Below are positions 1 through 13,708 of a stretch of DNA of 47,660 nt, one piece after another (positions within the stretch are counted from its first letter, which is position 1; the number at the start of each line of letters is the position of its first letter). Below the pieces are notes generated by a model. That model was not told the origin of the DNA. It saw only the letters and a list, made by a program, of their open reading frames with translations, and searched no databases. The stretch is from Halocafeteria seosinensis (taxonomy: Eukaryota): positions 62,001 through 109,660 of the forward strand of contig LVLI01000522.1 in NCBI GenBank assembly GCA_001687465.1. Direction: 5' to 3'. A program made the translations under genes and the position numbers.

Positions 1-2
1 GC

Positions 3-3000
3 AGACGCCTTCAGATCGGCGATGTCACATTCATTAGTACTCTGTCGATAATTTTGAATCCGAAGTATCCTTTCTGGCAAGACACAGTACGTGGACTATG
101 GCTCTCGATCCTGAGACAGTACATGCAATGTTGTTCGTTACAGGTCATCTATACTTCCTCGCCAAATACGTACTATTTTGAGACGCTGCGCACATTCGTG
201 TGTGAAGGACTGCCTCCTTTGTGCAGTATCGCGGCTAAATATGTTGAACAGAATATTTGGCCGGGTTCTACGTTTGCTGAGGAACTGTTCGAAGTTTTCA
301 ATTGCGTACGTAGTCTCTCTGATTTGGTGTGTTTTATTTGAGTTCTAGACGTCAGGTGCCTACAGTTGTTGATAGTTTTGAAAAACTATGATGAAGAAGT
401 CTCTTGTTTGAGGACGGAGTACTTCGACCATGGATACCTTACACGGTTGATGCGTGATCTCCTCGTCATATGCGCGGAACTGAGCGAGGATCGGTTGAAG
501 TCCGAAGATCCTGTAAGTTCTAAACAAGCTGTGTAGCTGCACGTAACTTTCCATTGGTTTTTTTTTTTTTTTTTCTTTGGATTACCCAGAAAACGCTTGT
601 GAGCCTCACCGAACAAGTACTGAAGGAAAAGGCTATTAGTTTGGAGTTTTTTGATCGCTTTAAAATGTCTCTTGTCAAACGTATGCTTTTGTGTCAGAAC
701 CTCGCAAAGCGTTTGTGGGCTCTGGATGAATTGAACCATCTCTCAAAGAACATAATTGTTAGTTGTTCAGACATGTCTTCCTCGGAGCTTCAATGAAAAT
801 GCCATTTGGGTCGTTTTCCGCTGCAGAATAATGCTGCCTCACTATCCGAGGAAGATGTAATCAAAGGCATATCAGATCTGAAGGAGTGGCTGGAGGGCTC
901 TACCATATCTATAATAGAGGAATTGGTCGGTCCTAAAATGCATGCCCAGTTAGTAGAAAGGAGCCTACCGTTGATTAGACGGTTCGCATATCATAACGCA
1001 ATTGCCCATCACGAGTTGAGAACGGTGTGGGACGCAGTTCTTAGAACCTATCATGGTACGGCTTCCGAGAGCGCTTCCTTACAAAGACTTTTCGTTACTA
1101 TCATTGAATCCGGGAAGGACGATGTAGTCACCGAAGGCTTCCGTTTATTGGAAGGGAGTCTGAACGGGTACTACAAGGAGAGTGTCTCCTCTCTGGCAAA
1201 ATTATTTGACAGTGTCCGTTTTTCAGGGCCTCACATTCCTAACAATGACGAACATTTGATTCATGTTAGGCTGGCGGATCTCTGTTGGAGTGTCCTTGTT
1301 CACAATGAAGCTCCTTCCCCAATGAATTTGAGGAACAAGGAGGTGGATACTAAAGCGAAGGGTATTGGAGGGAATGAACAGAAAAATGTGGACACGTGTA
1401 TGGATCTGTTGGTTCGGGTAATCGGCTCGCTAGCTTCAGAACATCGATGGTTCTGCATGGAGGAAGCTGCTAGCGATATGAACATAACGCTACTTGAACC
1501 GTTCATGCAGATTATTCACCGATGTTGCCAGATGTTTCAATCCTCATGTAGGGATTCCTATAAAGTTGTTCGATGTTTGTTCTTGTTGGAGAGCAGTCTC
1601 AAGTCAATGCAATGCCAATGCATTGCATTGACGGAAGGATGGCTCAAACCATCCGCAGTGTTGCTTCCTACAGAACAAAAGGGTGGCCTCCCGTTATTTC
1701 CCGGGGATCAAGGCTATAATGTTGACCGTGACTTCGTCCTTGCGGAATATAGGAGCCTGTATAATGTCGATACAATTGACGAAAATTTGTTTGCTAGGCT
1801 GTTGTCTGAGGTTGAAAGGCGTACCAAACTTTTTCAGTGCTTGATGGACGAAATGGAATCATATGTCCGCGAGAGAAGCCAGGTGGATGTATGCTTTTTG
1901 CGTCCGCGTCTTGGATTTCTTTATACTCTAATGCGCCACTGTAGTGATCTCACTTTCGGCAGTGAAAAGACAATTAGACTTTGGCAAGAAGGTCTTTCTA
2001 AAACGTGGAGATCGAAACTCTGCTTCTGGGAATGGGTGGGACACATGTGTGGCCAAACAATCTTGGATCCCACTTCAGTGAATGCTCGGCATGTCATGGA
2101 CGTTCCTGAATCGGAAATAGAACAGTTTGAGAGAATTCAAAGTGAGGCGGTTAGAGGCTTCCTATCGGATAACGATGTTGCGGCAAGTGATAAACTCCCT
2201 ATGGCTAACAATAGTAGAGAGAATGTGAGCATTGACGGCACTACTGTGGATTCCATTTGTGATGCCGTCACAGAGAATGGTCCAGGACAACTTCCTTCCC
2301 CTGCTAAAAGCAGTGCGCATACAGGTTTCGGAATCGAGACCGACCACTTTTTTTCCTGTACTTTAGAAAGCTCGATCGGAACAATACAATCTATGAAGAA
2401 CGTACTTGAAGAGAGAGACAGCACATGCACATGTGAGAATTGCCGAACTGCTAGGTGTAAATTATCTCACTGGTGGGCTGGAAACAGCAGTGGTAACGAG
2501 GGCAGCGCAGGTGCAGACAGATACCTTCTAGTGTTTCACCGGCATTTGATGAATAGAGAAAAGCGTGTACAAACTCTTTTTTCAGAAAATTGCGGCGAGA
2601 TATGTGAGAAGCCCCATACTGCGATAGTCAAAACAAGGAAAGAATGCCTCTTTTGTAGGGAAAGCCTGCGGAATCTTTTGGGATACTATTTTTCTCCTGA
2701 TAGCTTTCAATCTCCAACTGTGTTCACAATGCAGCAATTCCTGGTGTATCGAACGATCTTTTTTTGGCTAAACATTTGTACTAAGAATTTCCGGCTTTCA
2801 TCAGTTCGGTTCGTGAGCAGAGTATGTCGTAGCAAGGAAGACCTGAACGATTCTGCGATGTTTGATATTCAATCCCCTTCACGGTCACCGAACAAGAGTA
2901 ACAAGGACTATGACGCCCCCGATGCTGATGAAGGGACACTTTCCAGTGACATGGAGGAAGAACAGGATGCTGAACTCCGACTAGTCCGTGCAGGAACAGC

Positions 3001-6000
3001 ACCTCTTCTTGAAACCTCTGACTGTATTACATTTAATTTGCATCTTAATGTAGATCACTGTGACCAGTTAGAGGGATACAGCGCTCTATTGATGTTTGCT
3101 ATCCGTGCTTCTCCCTCAATATCGGTTCTTGCCGGCCAAATCATGGTATCCCTTCACCTTTGCTGCGAACGGCAGCTCCTGGAGAATCAGCTAACTCGGG
3201 GCTACGCTTCTGAGGCCTGGCCTCAAAGTCACGCCTTAGTTGGCCAATTGTTGAGTCGAATCGAGGATGAGAGATCGTTTCATGAAACTGAAGAACTTAA
3301 TGACGCTACGGGTTGGAGATGTGTGTACAACTGCGCCCGGATTGTGCATGTAGTCGAGCAATATGTAAAGGCCGTTGAATCTATGCAGCTTGACAATAAG
3401 CAGCGTGAAGCACTTTTGCAAACCCTGGAACAGTCTTCGAGGAGTACAGCGGAGACACTGAAGCTAATGTTGCAGAAGAGCTTTGCATCTCATTCTGAGA
3501 GGTGTGGTAGCTCGTCCCAGCTCTTCATCACAAACGGATTTGATAGTTCTTCAGGAAACAGCAAGGGGGTTTCCCCTGACGGGTTGGAGGAAATGCTATA
3601 TATGATTGGAGTACTAGCGAGCTCCCGTGAAGGGCAAAATGCAGCCGCGAAAGTAGACCCATACCGGTGCGTTCTTAAAATGTTGTACAGCGATGTCACT
3701 CCGTGCACAGCGCTTTGCTTCATCACACCACCGCGTAATCCCGAGCGGTCCTTGGAAGAATCTATTCAAAATTTTCTCTTCAGCTTTCGTCATTGGCTGC
3801 CTCCGCTGGAATTAGAGCAGACGGCGTATGATCAATTGTTTTCCGTGTTGGAGCTTCGGCCTTCTTCCTCGTTCCACAATTGCTGCCGATTACAGCCCGA
3901 CGCACTAGTTAAACCGGTATCTCAGCGAGTGTGGGCATTGCTGATGAGGTTGCAAACGTCTCCAGCGCTGGAAGAGGCAATGGAACACCCATCTGAGGTG
4001 GACTGGAAGTCACTGTTAGAAGGAAGTGGTTGGCGTACATTGTATGCCTTACAGGCCGTAGTTGGGCGACTGTATCAGTTCAGTGATAAGGGCGAAGAGA
4101 AGGATTCGTTATCACTATGTAAGACGAAGTCTACTATAGGTTGGCAAACTGATTTTATTCGCGCCCATGGCCTTCGTATCGTCATTTCGCAATTCCTGTC
4201 TCAGCTGACTTCCGATGTTGAGGAACAAGGTTCCATATTTTTAAGCAGCGCTATAGCTGAGACTGCACTACGGGTCATTAGGGCATGCGCAGCAAGTGCG
4301 AGAGACGACGATATCATTCTTGCCGTCAACGATGTTACTAACATATCTGCTTTATCTGTTGAAAGTGAAAACGAGTCTGACTGTGCTGTATGGTTTCTTT
4401 GCTCTACGATTTTGGACATGGTTCGAAAGAAAACCGACGTGCATCATGATGGCCGGAGAGGCCGCATCAAGCACCAGCGCTCTTCCCAGAACTTAAGCAG
4501 CCGCAGCCGGGCCGTTGCGTCTCAGGAGGCTTCGGAGGAACGAAGCAGTATTTGGCTTTTCATTCCGGATTCATTTAGGATTGTCAACAATTTTATAGCC
4601 CTCCGAGAGGATGAACAGAGCCCATTTCCCCAAAGCAAGCTCTCGGATATGTTGATTACAACATCCAGTACCAGAGAATCGCTGTTGCTTTGTCTCTTCT
4701 CTCCCGAATTGCGTCTTCGACGTACGGCAAACAAGCAGGTGTTTCACCAGGCTTCCGTGCGTTCAGTGTTGCAAACAGAAAATGGGTATTATTTTCTCGT
4801 ATTGCCCCGTCTCATCGGGGAACAATTGCTAAAACTCGAGGAGGAAGGCATGCACCATGCAGAAGACGCTTTCAGCGTTCTTTGTGAATCTTTGCGTGAT
4901 TGCTATCGAATCGTTATATCGAAAGAGGAACACTCAGCAGAGTTACGGCAACGTATAATGTTGAGTTATGGGAAGGGTCTCTTTTGCTTCCTATTCCTTG
5001 TCTTTATGAAGATTGCATCCTCGTCCGTCTCTAAGGAAACCCGCAGTATCTCGAAGATAGGTACTGCTGGCAGTGGCAACCATTCAACGAATAAGCGGCC
5101 TTTACTCTCTGAAAATACCACCAGAGACGGTATTGTCCATATCTTGAATAGCATGGCAGCTGTTTTCCAATTGGTGACTGATATACTGGCCTGCATGTCG
5201 GAGACTACAAGTCTCTTGGACTGTGAATTCAATGCTGATAATGCCTCCCGTCTCGGATTTATCGCTGAAAGCCCCCCGTGTCCAGATGATTCGTTTACAA
5301 AAGAGCTTGAAGGAATAATCCAGTTCGTTCGCACAAGCTCTTTATGGAAGCTATTGAAAACGGAGAGTGATGAAAGGATCGTCACTTATCGTGACGTCTT
5401 GAGCCGGTTTTCGTTGGATTTGGCCTTGCAGTTCACTCCTAGTGATTCGCACGCTTTCTATAGTGAGGACCTGCCTCTTTGTAAGAGTCATGCAGAACGC
5501 GCTGCAGGGTACGGATTTTTAAGAGTCGTACTTGCCGAAATCATGAGAATTGAAACTCAAGAACAAGATCGTGATTCAATAGTTGATGCCAGGTTGCCAC
5601 TGGCCGAACGCATTGTTCATGTACTTAGGGAGCGTACTAAAAGCCATGGAGAACGGCATGATACTTCCTGGTCACACAGTTATTCTCGGCAGAGTAATGC
5701 TTCCGGTTACGTGGGGTTGCTGAACCTAGGATGTACATGTTACATTAACTCAGTGGTTCAGCAACTCTTCATGTGCCCCCCTTTCCGCGAGTTAGTGTTG
5801 TCGGCTAAGTTGGATCGGAAGGTGCCGACATTACCTCCAGAAGACACTAATGAGGATACTGACCCTGCCCAGTCACTCTACAAAGTTGATGTCGAGAACC
5901 TTTACGAGCCCCTTGCGACCGACAGTCAACGGGCATTGCGAAAAGACTGGGTTCGAAACCACACGCTCCTGCTAGAGCTTCAGCGTACTTTCTTGTGGTT

Positions 6001-9000
6001 GTCCGAAGCGTCGTCAAAAGCATACGACCCTACGCCTTTCTTGGAGACTTTAGATGTGCTTGGACTGCCGCATCCAGTGTTCCACCAAAATGACGCCTCT
6101 GAGTTGTGTGAAAAGCTCGTGGATGCACTAGAACAGCGTCTTGGAGGAACTAAACAGAGCCATGTCTTGCGACGTCTTTTCGGTGGCTCAATTGCTACAG
6201 AACGTGTACGAAAGTGCTGTGGCTTCACAACCAAATCTGAGAGTCCTTTTGTCTACTTGGAGCTTCCAGTGACTGGGCATCATTCTGTTGAGGAATCTTT
6301 GTCCTCTCAGTTTAAACCTGAAATGCTCACCGGGGACAATGGCTTGGATTGTGATAAATGCTCGAAGAAATCAGATGCAGAGATCAAGACTAGCGTCACA
6401 AAGTTACCGGAGCTATTGATCCTTCGTTTGAAGCGATTCGATTTGGACTACCAAACATTCCAGGTAGTTAAACTAAACGACCAGTGTGCTTTCCCTCACC
6501 GTTTGGATATCTCCGAATTTTACAGCGTTGAGTGCCCCGAGTATGCAAAGTACACCTTGAAGGGAGTTTTAGTGCACACAGGAAATGCTGACAGCGGTCA
6601 CTACTACAGCTTTATTCGAGAACGAGAGTCAAATAAATGGTTCCGTTTCGAGGATCATAGCATTACGCCGTTCGACCCCCAAGACATTCCAACTGAATGC
6701 TTCGGTGGCACAGAGACTGTGAAAGTGGCTCATAAGACTATGAACTACTCAATTGAAGAAGAGCGGGAAGTAGAACGCAATGCACTGCTACTATTTTACG
6801 AAAAGGATGACTCGGCGCTAATGTGTCCTGACAACGTGGCCGAACCGCCAACTCAGTCTGAGGAGAAGGTGGAAGATGAGAAGTTTGAGCCAGCTCCGGT
6901 CGAATTCTGCTCAGCATCTGAGGCGCTGCAGCGAACACGCGAGGAAATAGCACTTGCAAATCAGTATAATTCGATCCAGTTCTATCGCTATGACCCACAA
7001 TTTATGGCATTTCTGGGGTGCGTCAGTCGAGATGTGGTCAATCGGTTTGGCAAGATCACTGACCACGCTTTTAAAGGGGAGCATCTTGTTTTGAAAAGCA
7101 ACCAACCACCCCTATTTCTTGAGAATTTAGGTTTAAAACTGACACGGTATTTCTTAGACGTGATCATGCGTTGTGCCCCGACAAAGTGCCAAACTACCGG
7201 GTTCCTTTCTCACGACTTTGACCCAATCTCTGTTGACCGCTGCACTAGTGACCGGCTATCTCCAACGGAGTCGCTTGCTCGATACACACAGTATGTTATT
7301 AGGCCCCTAAAAGCCACGTCCGCTGGGACGCTCTTTTCCGAGGGATTTATGCACCTTCTCTCGTCACATCCGATCATTGGGATGAACTATGCACGAAGTA
7401 TTCTTCAGCCTCCCGTGGAAGCTGGATTAGACGGGGTAAACAGGCTTGAGTTAGACCTTGACGAAAGCTTGCTCCCAGTCAACGGTTTGCCACGTAAGCT
7501 AGAAGAGTTATTTCGGAAGTACGGTGACAGTTGTTTGTCGTGGATGTATAAACATCATACACCGGAAGGAGTCTCGAGACTTGCTGAATTGGATATCACG
7601 CAAGTGGCAGCCTTAGACACCCGAGGAGTGGATTCATGGTTTTTTGCCGGCTTCGTCTACTGCAACCAGTCGGAGAACCGGTCGATATTCAAAAACGTTG
7701 CCATATCGGGTATTCGCAGTGCGAGCCGTTCTCCCTATGAGTTTGATGTTGACGATTTTGTACCTGGAGTGGCTAGTCACGATAAGCAAACTGTTCGCAT
7801 GCTAGATGAGCATGCTCTTGCAGCTGCAAGCTCCGCAAGTCGAAGAGACTGGTCCTGGGGCTATATGTCATTCTCACGGGACCTTGCCCGGTGGAAACAT
7901 ACCGTGAGACTCAACAGGTTCCTCGGTAATGACGCCGGTTATAACTTAATGAAGTGGGCAGACGACATTACTCATTCCAAGCTGTATAGTGACCACCAAT
8001 CTTATGAGAGGGTCAGTGCTAGGCTTGTAGAAGTGGAGCATCACAAGGAGTATGTGAATGGCTTGCTATGCCATGCTCAGGAGACGCGTAAGCGGGTGGG
8101 CAATAGTGAAAGCAGCGTCGATGAAAATCGCCTTAGCATGATTCTCGAACGGCTTGAGGCTGAGCGGATGCACCTTCAAGCAAAATTCGGTGATATTCGT
8201 TTCAGGACCCGTGAGAAAGTGAGCTCATTGTTGCGCGCTTGGTACGAGGCCTGGAGGCAAGCTTCCGTCAGACCGGAATGCCCGGTGTCGAAGCTACTAC
8301 TCGTATGGCTACAAACCGTAGATGGAGTGAGTGAGGTACGCCCTCAAATGAAGGAATTCTTTGAGTTTATGGTGTCTTTGAGTGAAAAAGACGAAGAAGA
8401 AAGCCATGTTGATGTTTCCCGAGAGCAAAAACTGTCAAGTTGGGATAAGGTTCGTGGTGAGCTTACTGAGGCCATTCTTGCTAATAATGGGTGCGAGCGT
8501 CTCTGGAACAACGATAGTCAGTCGCAGCTACTTGTGTCTCCTTCAAGTGTGGTATACGCTTTACTATTCTTCGATGATCTTCCCTTTGCATATCGACCCG
8601 AACGAGTGAGTACATTTTTCCAGTATGTTGCCTCAGCCGACATCGTATCTACGTTCTACGGTAAGGTTAATGTTAAATGGACCCCGGCTCTTTCTCTCCT
8701 GACAAAAGCTTCCGTTGCGTTTCCGCATCTACACGATGCATCGAGAATAAATTTGACTTCACTCGTGTTTCCCCATCTACCAGACGGCTCGAACGAGAAA
8801 GGACAAGAACTACATCGTCAGCGAGCATTCCTTAAGCATCTATCACCAGTAACATCAAGTAAGAATCATGATATTAGCGAATTCTTCTACAGTATAGCCC
8901 TGAATCCAACGCTATATCTTGCGCAATGCGTTTCGCTAGCCTACGAAGAATGGACCAAGCTCCCGGAGGCGGTTAGGGAGGATCCCTTCTTCAGAGCCAT

Positions 9001-10159
9001 GACAAACGGGCACCTTCGGCAATTCGTTGCCCGTGTCAGGTCTTTGTGCTTCAACGCCAAAGCTAACGAAGATTACCCTGAAGTGTTCACTAATCTTCTC
9101 GGGAGGCTTCTGTATTCCTCAGCTTTTCCTGCTTCTTTACGACTAAGCACGCTCCGATTAATGTTATCTCGAAGCGAATTGGGAGGTGGGGGACTCTTAA
9201 GCTTAGACCAACCGTCAAGGTACAGAGGCATGGTACATCCACGGGAGGAATCCACTAACGCTGTCCGTACCATCTTGGAATTATTCGACGCAGCTCTCGT
9301 TCCTGTCCATGGCTTTAACACGGAATTGGCTATTGCCTTGGCGACTAACCTGTTGAATTATTACCGCGATCTAGGCACCCGTCTACAGGTGCATCCGGAA
9401 AACTTCCCGTTACAGTTCTTAGGCCCGACTTCGGATCTTGGAGAAGATGGGAACCCCGTGTTCGGCTTTCAATCTGATGTGACGAAAGCCCCAGAATGCT
9501 TCATTCCTGATTTCTTTTGCCGAGTAAGTGACTTAGGGAAGTATGGTAGCTGCTGGGACACCCTCTTGTACCAAGTATCTACAAGACCTCGACATGATTC
9601 TGTTAGCGACGTGGGGGGAACACTTTTAGCCCTGTGGGATCGTCATCGACATCGTGGTCAATTACCGCCAAGTTACTTACCAGCAGAACTATTGCACGAA
9701 GCGAATCTTCAGGGACTAAGGTCTGCTGTTGACAAGCTTCGTTTGGGGCTGTTTGCTAAGGCTGTTCTGTTGCACGAACTCAAAAACATTGTAGGACAAA
9801 CAGGCGGCACCCCATCTGCGGTACGGCGCCGTCGACGCCATAGTGCGGGTATCATTGTGACCGGTGCAGGGACGAAAACCGTGAATGGCCATTATTATAT
9901 GTCCGCCACATCTCCAGATCGGTCATACTACCGGTATCTTGGAGGATCAATGTTCGCTCTTAGTCTTAGTGGAGATGATGACGAAAGATTGTGGACTATT
10001 TCCAAGATTTCAGGGGGGAATAAGGAGTCTTCGAGGCGACAACACTACTACGTAATTTCTGAACGGGAAGAAGAGGGTGGTCATGCGTTTTCTGTTGAAT
10101 GCGTTGAAGGGAAAGAGCCTGTTCCCTCAATTCGCACAATCAGCCCCAGGGAAGAATAA
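3..10159 (+). CDS. Giant ubiquitin carboxyl-terminal hydrolase (USP/C19 peptidase, USP9X/USP24/USP34-like), 5' end outside window
   Basis: Cys box GYVGLLNLGCTCYINSVVQQLF (~5705-5770), QNDASE, and His box YTLKGVLVHTGNADSGHYYSFIR (~6550-6620) in the 3117-aa ORF. Upstream exons join in frame via predicted introns 306-365, 513-589 and 758-826 (exons <3-305, 366-512, 590-757, 827-10159). The first intron's boundaries are the least certain. Confidence 0.93.
558..574. repeat. T17 homopolymer inside USP intron 513-589 (polypyrimidine tract)
   Basis: 17 consecutive T about 12 nt upstream of the CAG acceptor at 587-589. Confidence 0.85.
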
Positions 10160-12821
10160 GTCTTTTTCATGATTAGCAAATGCATAAACTTCCTCCATTT
10201 GCAGCGCCTTTCGGTTGACATAGTCCCACTGGTCCCAACTGCCACTTATCGTTGCAATATACTATTTCATTCAGTCTCCGCTGCACTACACTGCACTTTG
10301 ACACTTACGTGGTATCGCTTTGTTTGCTTTCCGAATCCCAATTTTTCAATCGTTTTCTTCGATCGTCTGTAGCTGGTACATGGATGTCCAAATTGGGTCT
10401 CCACGGAGCTCTCTGTTGGCGATGAAACACCATCTCCCACTTCACATCAGCAAAGAAGGGGTGTCCTTTAATCTCATCTCCGCCGTTCGCGCCTGTGAAT
10501 GCGTGGCCTAGGGTGATGCCTATGTAGCAAGCAAAATAAGATAAAAGGGATATAGCTCACCAAGGCGGTCGGTCGGAGCTCTGTCTAGGAGTCCCTCCAA
10601 GAGAGAAGCAGCTTCTTCTGAAAATGAGGCATTGCTACGGAAGTCTAATGGCATTTGTCGAATGGCTCTGTCAATGCTACGATTCTTATCCGCATGATAA
10701 CTAAGTGCGGCTCCGCTGCGGAATAGGCAAGAACCGGTGAGTAGCTCGTACAAGACACATCCAAATGACCACCAGTCTGCCGAGACGTAGTCGATGCTAT
10801 CTTCACCTCCCTCGATCACCTCCGGTGCCCAGTCTGAAGAAATGACGTCAGTAGGAACCCGTCCACCAAGAGTTGCCGTGAAACACTAGCACTTACATCC
10901 ACGAGTTCCGCACTTAGTGCGAGATGTTCTACTTTTCGACACTAATCCAAAGTCGACAAGCTTTAAATGACCGTCTTGATCGATCATTATATTCTGTGGC
11001 TTCAGATCCCTGTTCATGCGGGTGAAAATATGAGGTCTGCGAGAATATAGTAGTTTCTGCGACAAAACTTACCGGTAAACGAAACCCAAATCATGAAGTC
11101 TCATGATTGCGATGGCAAGCTCTGCGGAGTAGAATTTAGCGACACTCTCGGAAAATGGCCCATTTTTTTCCAAGGCACTGGAGAAGTCGCCTCCCACAAC
11201 CGCATCTGCAAGTCAACTACACACCTCGCAGGACGTTCAGCTCCTGTGCTCGAGGCTCTCGTACCTAGTACCAAGAACAAATAATCCTTGGTTTGGAAAG
11301 CATAATGCAAATTTACCTGCATCAACAGATGGCGTAAAGTCTTAATAATTAGATGCAGATAATACAGTTGGCTTACAATAAACGGGCATTCCACTTTCCT
11401 GAGGAACGCCACCTCATTGTAGTGGGTTTCATTAAACCTTCTGGAACAGTCCCGGCTCGACGCTTTCGTAATTATCTTTACCGCGTACAGGAAACCACTA
11501 TCTTTTTTCTTGCACGCTGAAAACCACGCCGTGTAACAGTTAAGGAAGAGTTCCTGTCACGTCGGTTACAGATCCCCTACCTTGTACCGTAGCGAAACCC
11601 CCTTGCCCGAGAGTTTTCAACAGCTGAAAATCATCCAAAGATGGGACTCTTTCCTCACGAGACTGTATTCGAATTGTTCCAATGTTTCATTGACGCCATT
11701 CGAGTGGAAATTGACGGCTTACCATAACATTGCAAAACTTCAGAAAGAGTTTGTGTTTCATGAACTGTTTTAGATGGCACTGCCGCATAACCCGTAGTAT
11801 ACACAACGCCGGCCGGCTAAGTTCATCCACAACGGGAAGCATGACGTCAGACACTGTATAGCCAGTACATGAACTGTATGTAGAACAACACGGGGATTTA
11901 GTATGAACAAGTTCTCACTTACGCAGCAATTTAAGAGACCTGATGTAAGGCGCATAGCCTATCGGAGTATCCTTTTCTTCACCAACAGTAACAACGCCGC
12001 TCGACAGCAGGTGTTCTAAGGCACTCTCTTTTTTCGGAGGATACACCTGGAAGATTTGCTTTATGCGGTCGACATCCTCTAAGTCTCGTTCAGGACAAAG
12101 GACGGTATTGTTTGTAAAACGTAAGCGCTTTGCAAACCAGTTGATCACTCTTAGGCTCCATGGAACGGCTGAATATACCTTACTGACTGCATGCTCAGGT
12201 TTTGCAGAAGCTGCAGTTGTCTCATTGGAATTTGCCCCCGATGGATTGGCTTCGACATCGTCCCATGCATAAGGGGAAGTCGAAGCAAAAGAGTTACTTC
12301 TTAAAATTCCACAAGCGTTCTCATAGCCCTCACTGTGACATGTGTCGTTAGATGCTTGATACTTTTCCCTCAAGGTCTTATGGTGGACAATTTGCATAGT
12401 CAAGGTTTCAAAACTCTGTATAAGTTGAAGCAAATACATCAGCTGTGATTTCTTAGAGTTCAGTGCTTGCTCTCACCTGGTAGAGAAGAACATCTTCTAC
12501 AAGCACAAGAGGTTCTATTATGCCCTTCTCCCTCAAGAACAGCTTGAACTGCGGTGCAAAACGAGTGCAAATACATGAACTGAACAAGGAAATGTGGGGA
12601 CGTTGCTGGCGTACGCAATAGTATCCAAATGGCTTTCTGAGGATACGATGGAAGAGCGCTTCAGGATCTTGCTTGAACTCCTCCTGGAACTGCCAAAACA
12701 CCTTCTGAGCATCATGGCAAAGTGCATCAAAGGTATCAACTATTGGTTTGTGCTCGGGAGACCAAGAGAGAGCGGTTGTGAAGTAGTCAGCATTATCAAT
12801 AGCGTCCTGAAGCCCATCCAT
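10127..12821 (-). CDS. GRK: G protein-coupled receptor kinase-like AGC kinase with RGS-homology domain (~663 aa, 12 exons)
   Basis: N-terminal helix MDGLQDAIDNADYF; RH segments FHRILRKPFGYYCFKLFL and LKQFMKHKLFLKFC; kinase motifs LGQGGFATV, YAVK, YRDLKPQN, DFG, CGTRGYWAPE, DWWSFG; AGC tail HPFF...WDYV. Introns 12549-12614, 12416-12476, 11854-11922, 11663-11722, 11517-11580, 11317-11376, 11206-11264, 11010-11072, 10834-10896, 10493-10560, 10239-10308, all GT-AG and frame-consistent. Confidence 0.88.
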
Positions 12822-13082
12822 TTCCACGTGGCTCACGGCTCATTCATCTCCATTCTCTCACTTCTCGTTGCTTTTAAGCAGGAGTGTGCCCCGTAGGCAC
12901 TGCAACGTGCTACAATGCAACTCTCCCTCACTGTACTCTGAGTGGCCCTACAGGATCCCAATTGAAGCAGGCTAATTTAGTAACGAAGATATTGATAAAG
13001 GTAATGGGATTACGAGAGAACCTCCAGTGCGTCAAATTAGCAACGACGGTAAGGTTTGACTTAAGCTTTCCAGTGCCAACCG

Positions 13083-13672
13083 ATGTCGTCAACCCAAAAA
13101 CACCGCACCATGTTTTTTTGCGAGGTAATAATTTTGCGCTGGCTTCTTCGCCGGGTTTCCCGAGATCCGAGAAGAGATTTGCAACAATCTTTTGTTGTAC
13201 TTTTCTCGTCTTGTGCGCGCGCTTTTTTGGGATCCTTTACAGTGTTCGCATTTCCGGAATTTGGTCTTTTTCGAAACAAAGTATATTTGACGCTGAGGGC
13301 ATTTGTGTCACCCTTGTTGGAGTGCAGGACCTGAAGACTGCGCTGGAGAGGATCCGAAGCATTCGTGGTTTGTTACAGTTTGGCGCGCCAACTGAGACTT
13401 ACGTTGGAAGGCAGGGTCGTCGTTAGTAGTCACACGCTTCTCCAGACGAGTCTGCATGGAGGACACCATACCCACGCAGTATTGACGGATCGTTTGTTGG
13501 AGCCGCCGCGTGGAAAAGGGTGCTGACTCGTGGAAGAGAAATAGTCCATGCTCAGACACTTCACCCAGTGGTTTTGCGACCCACGTCCAGACGAATCCTA
13601 AACTCCTGCCGAAACTCTGGTCAATACGCAGACTTTTCGATTCCCGTGGGCTATTCTGTTCAGTTCCTTTGA
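13083..13672 (+). CDS. Possible small spliced ORF or alternative 5' exons of the downstream EF-hand gene
   Basis: ATG at 13083 and plausible introns 13125-13327 and 13368-13445 give ...IRSIRDESAWRTPYPR..., matching IKDNASWRTPYTR in the next gene. The 3' structure is unresolved (in-frame TGA at 13670). Confidence 0.35.
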
Positions 13673-13708
13673 GAGCACGCAAAGTACGTACCGTCCCGAT
13701 TGTGCAAT

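Noticed and set aside
54..796. Short ORFs and a T17 run suggesting a frameshifted or pseudogenised USP 5' end
   Set aside because: Canonical GT-AG introns join the pieces in frame, and the T run is intronic.
10127..10140. GRK C-terminal Cys as a CaaX prenylation site
   Set aside because: The predicted end is CAN*, with Cys at -3, which is not a CaaX box.
13670..13672. Genome-wide TGA reassignment
   Set aside because: TGA, TAA and TAG all end conserved genes at expected positions (for example MUB CNIL-TGA and UTP11 ERKR-TGA).
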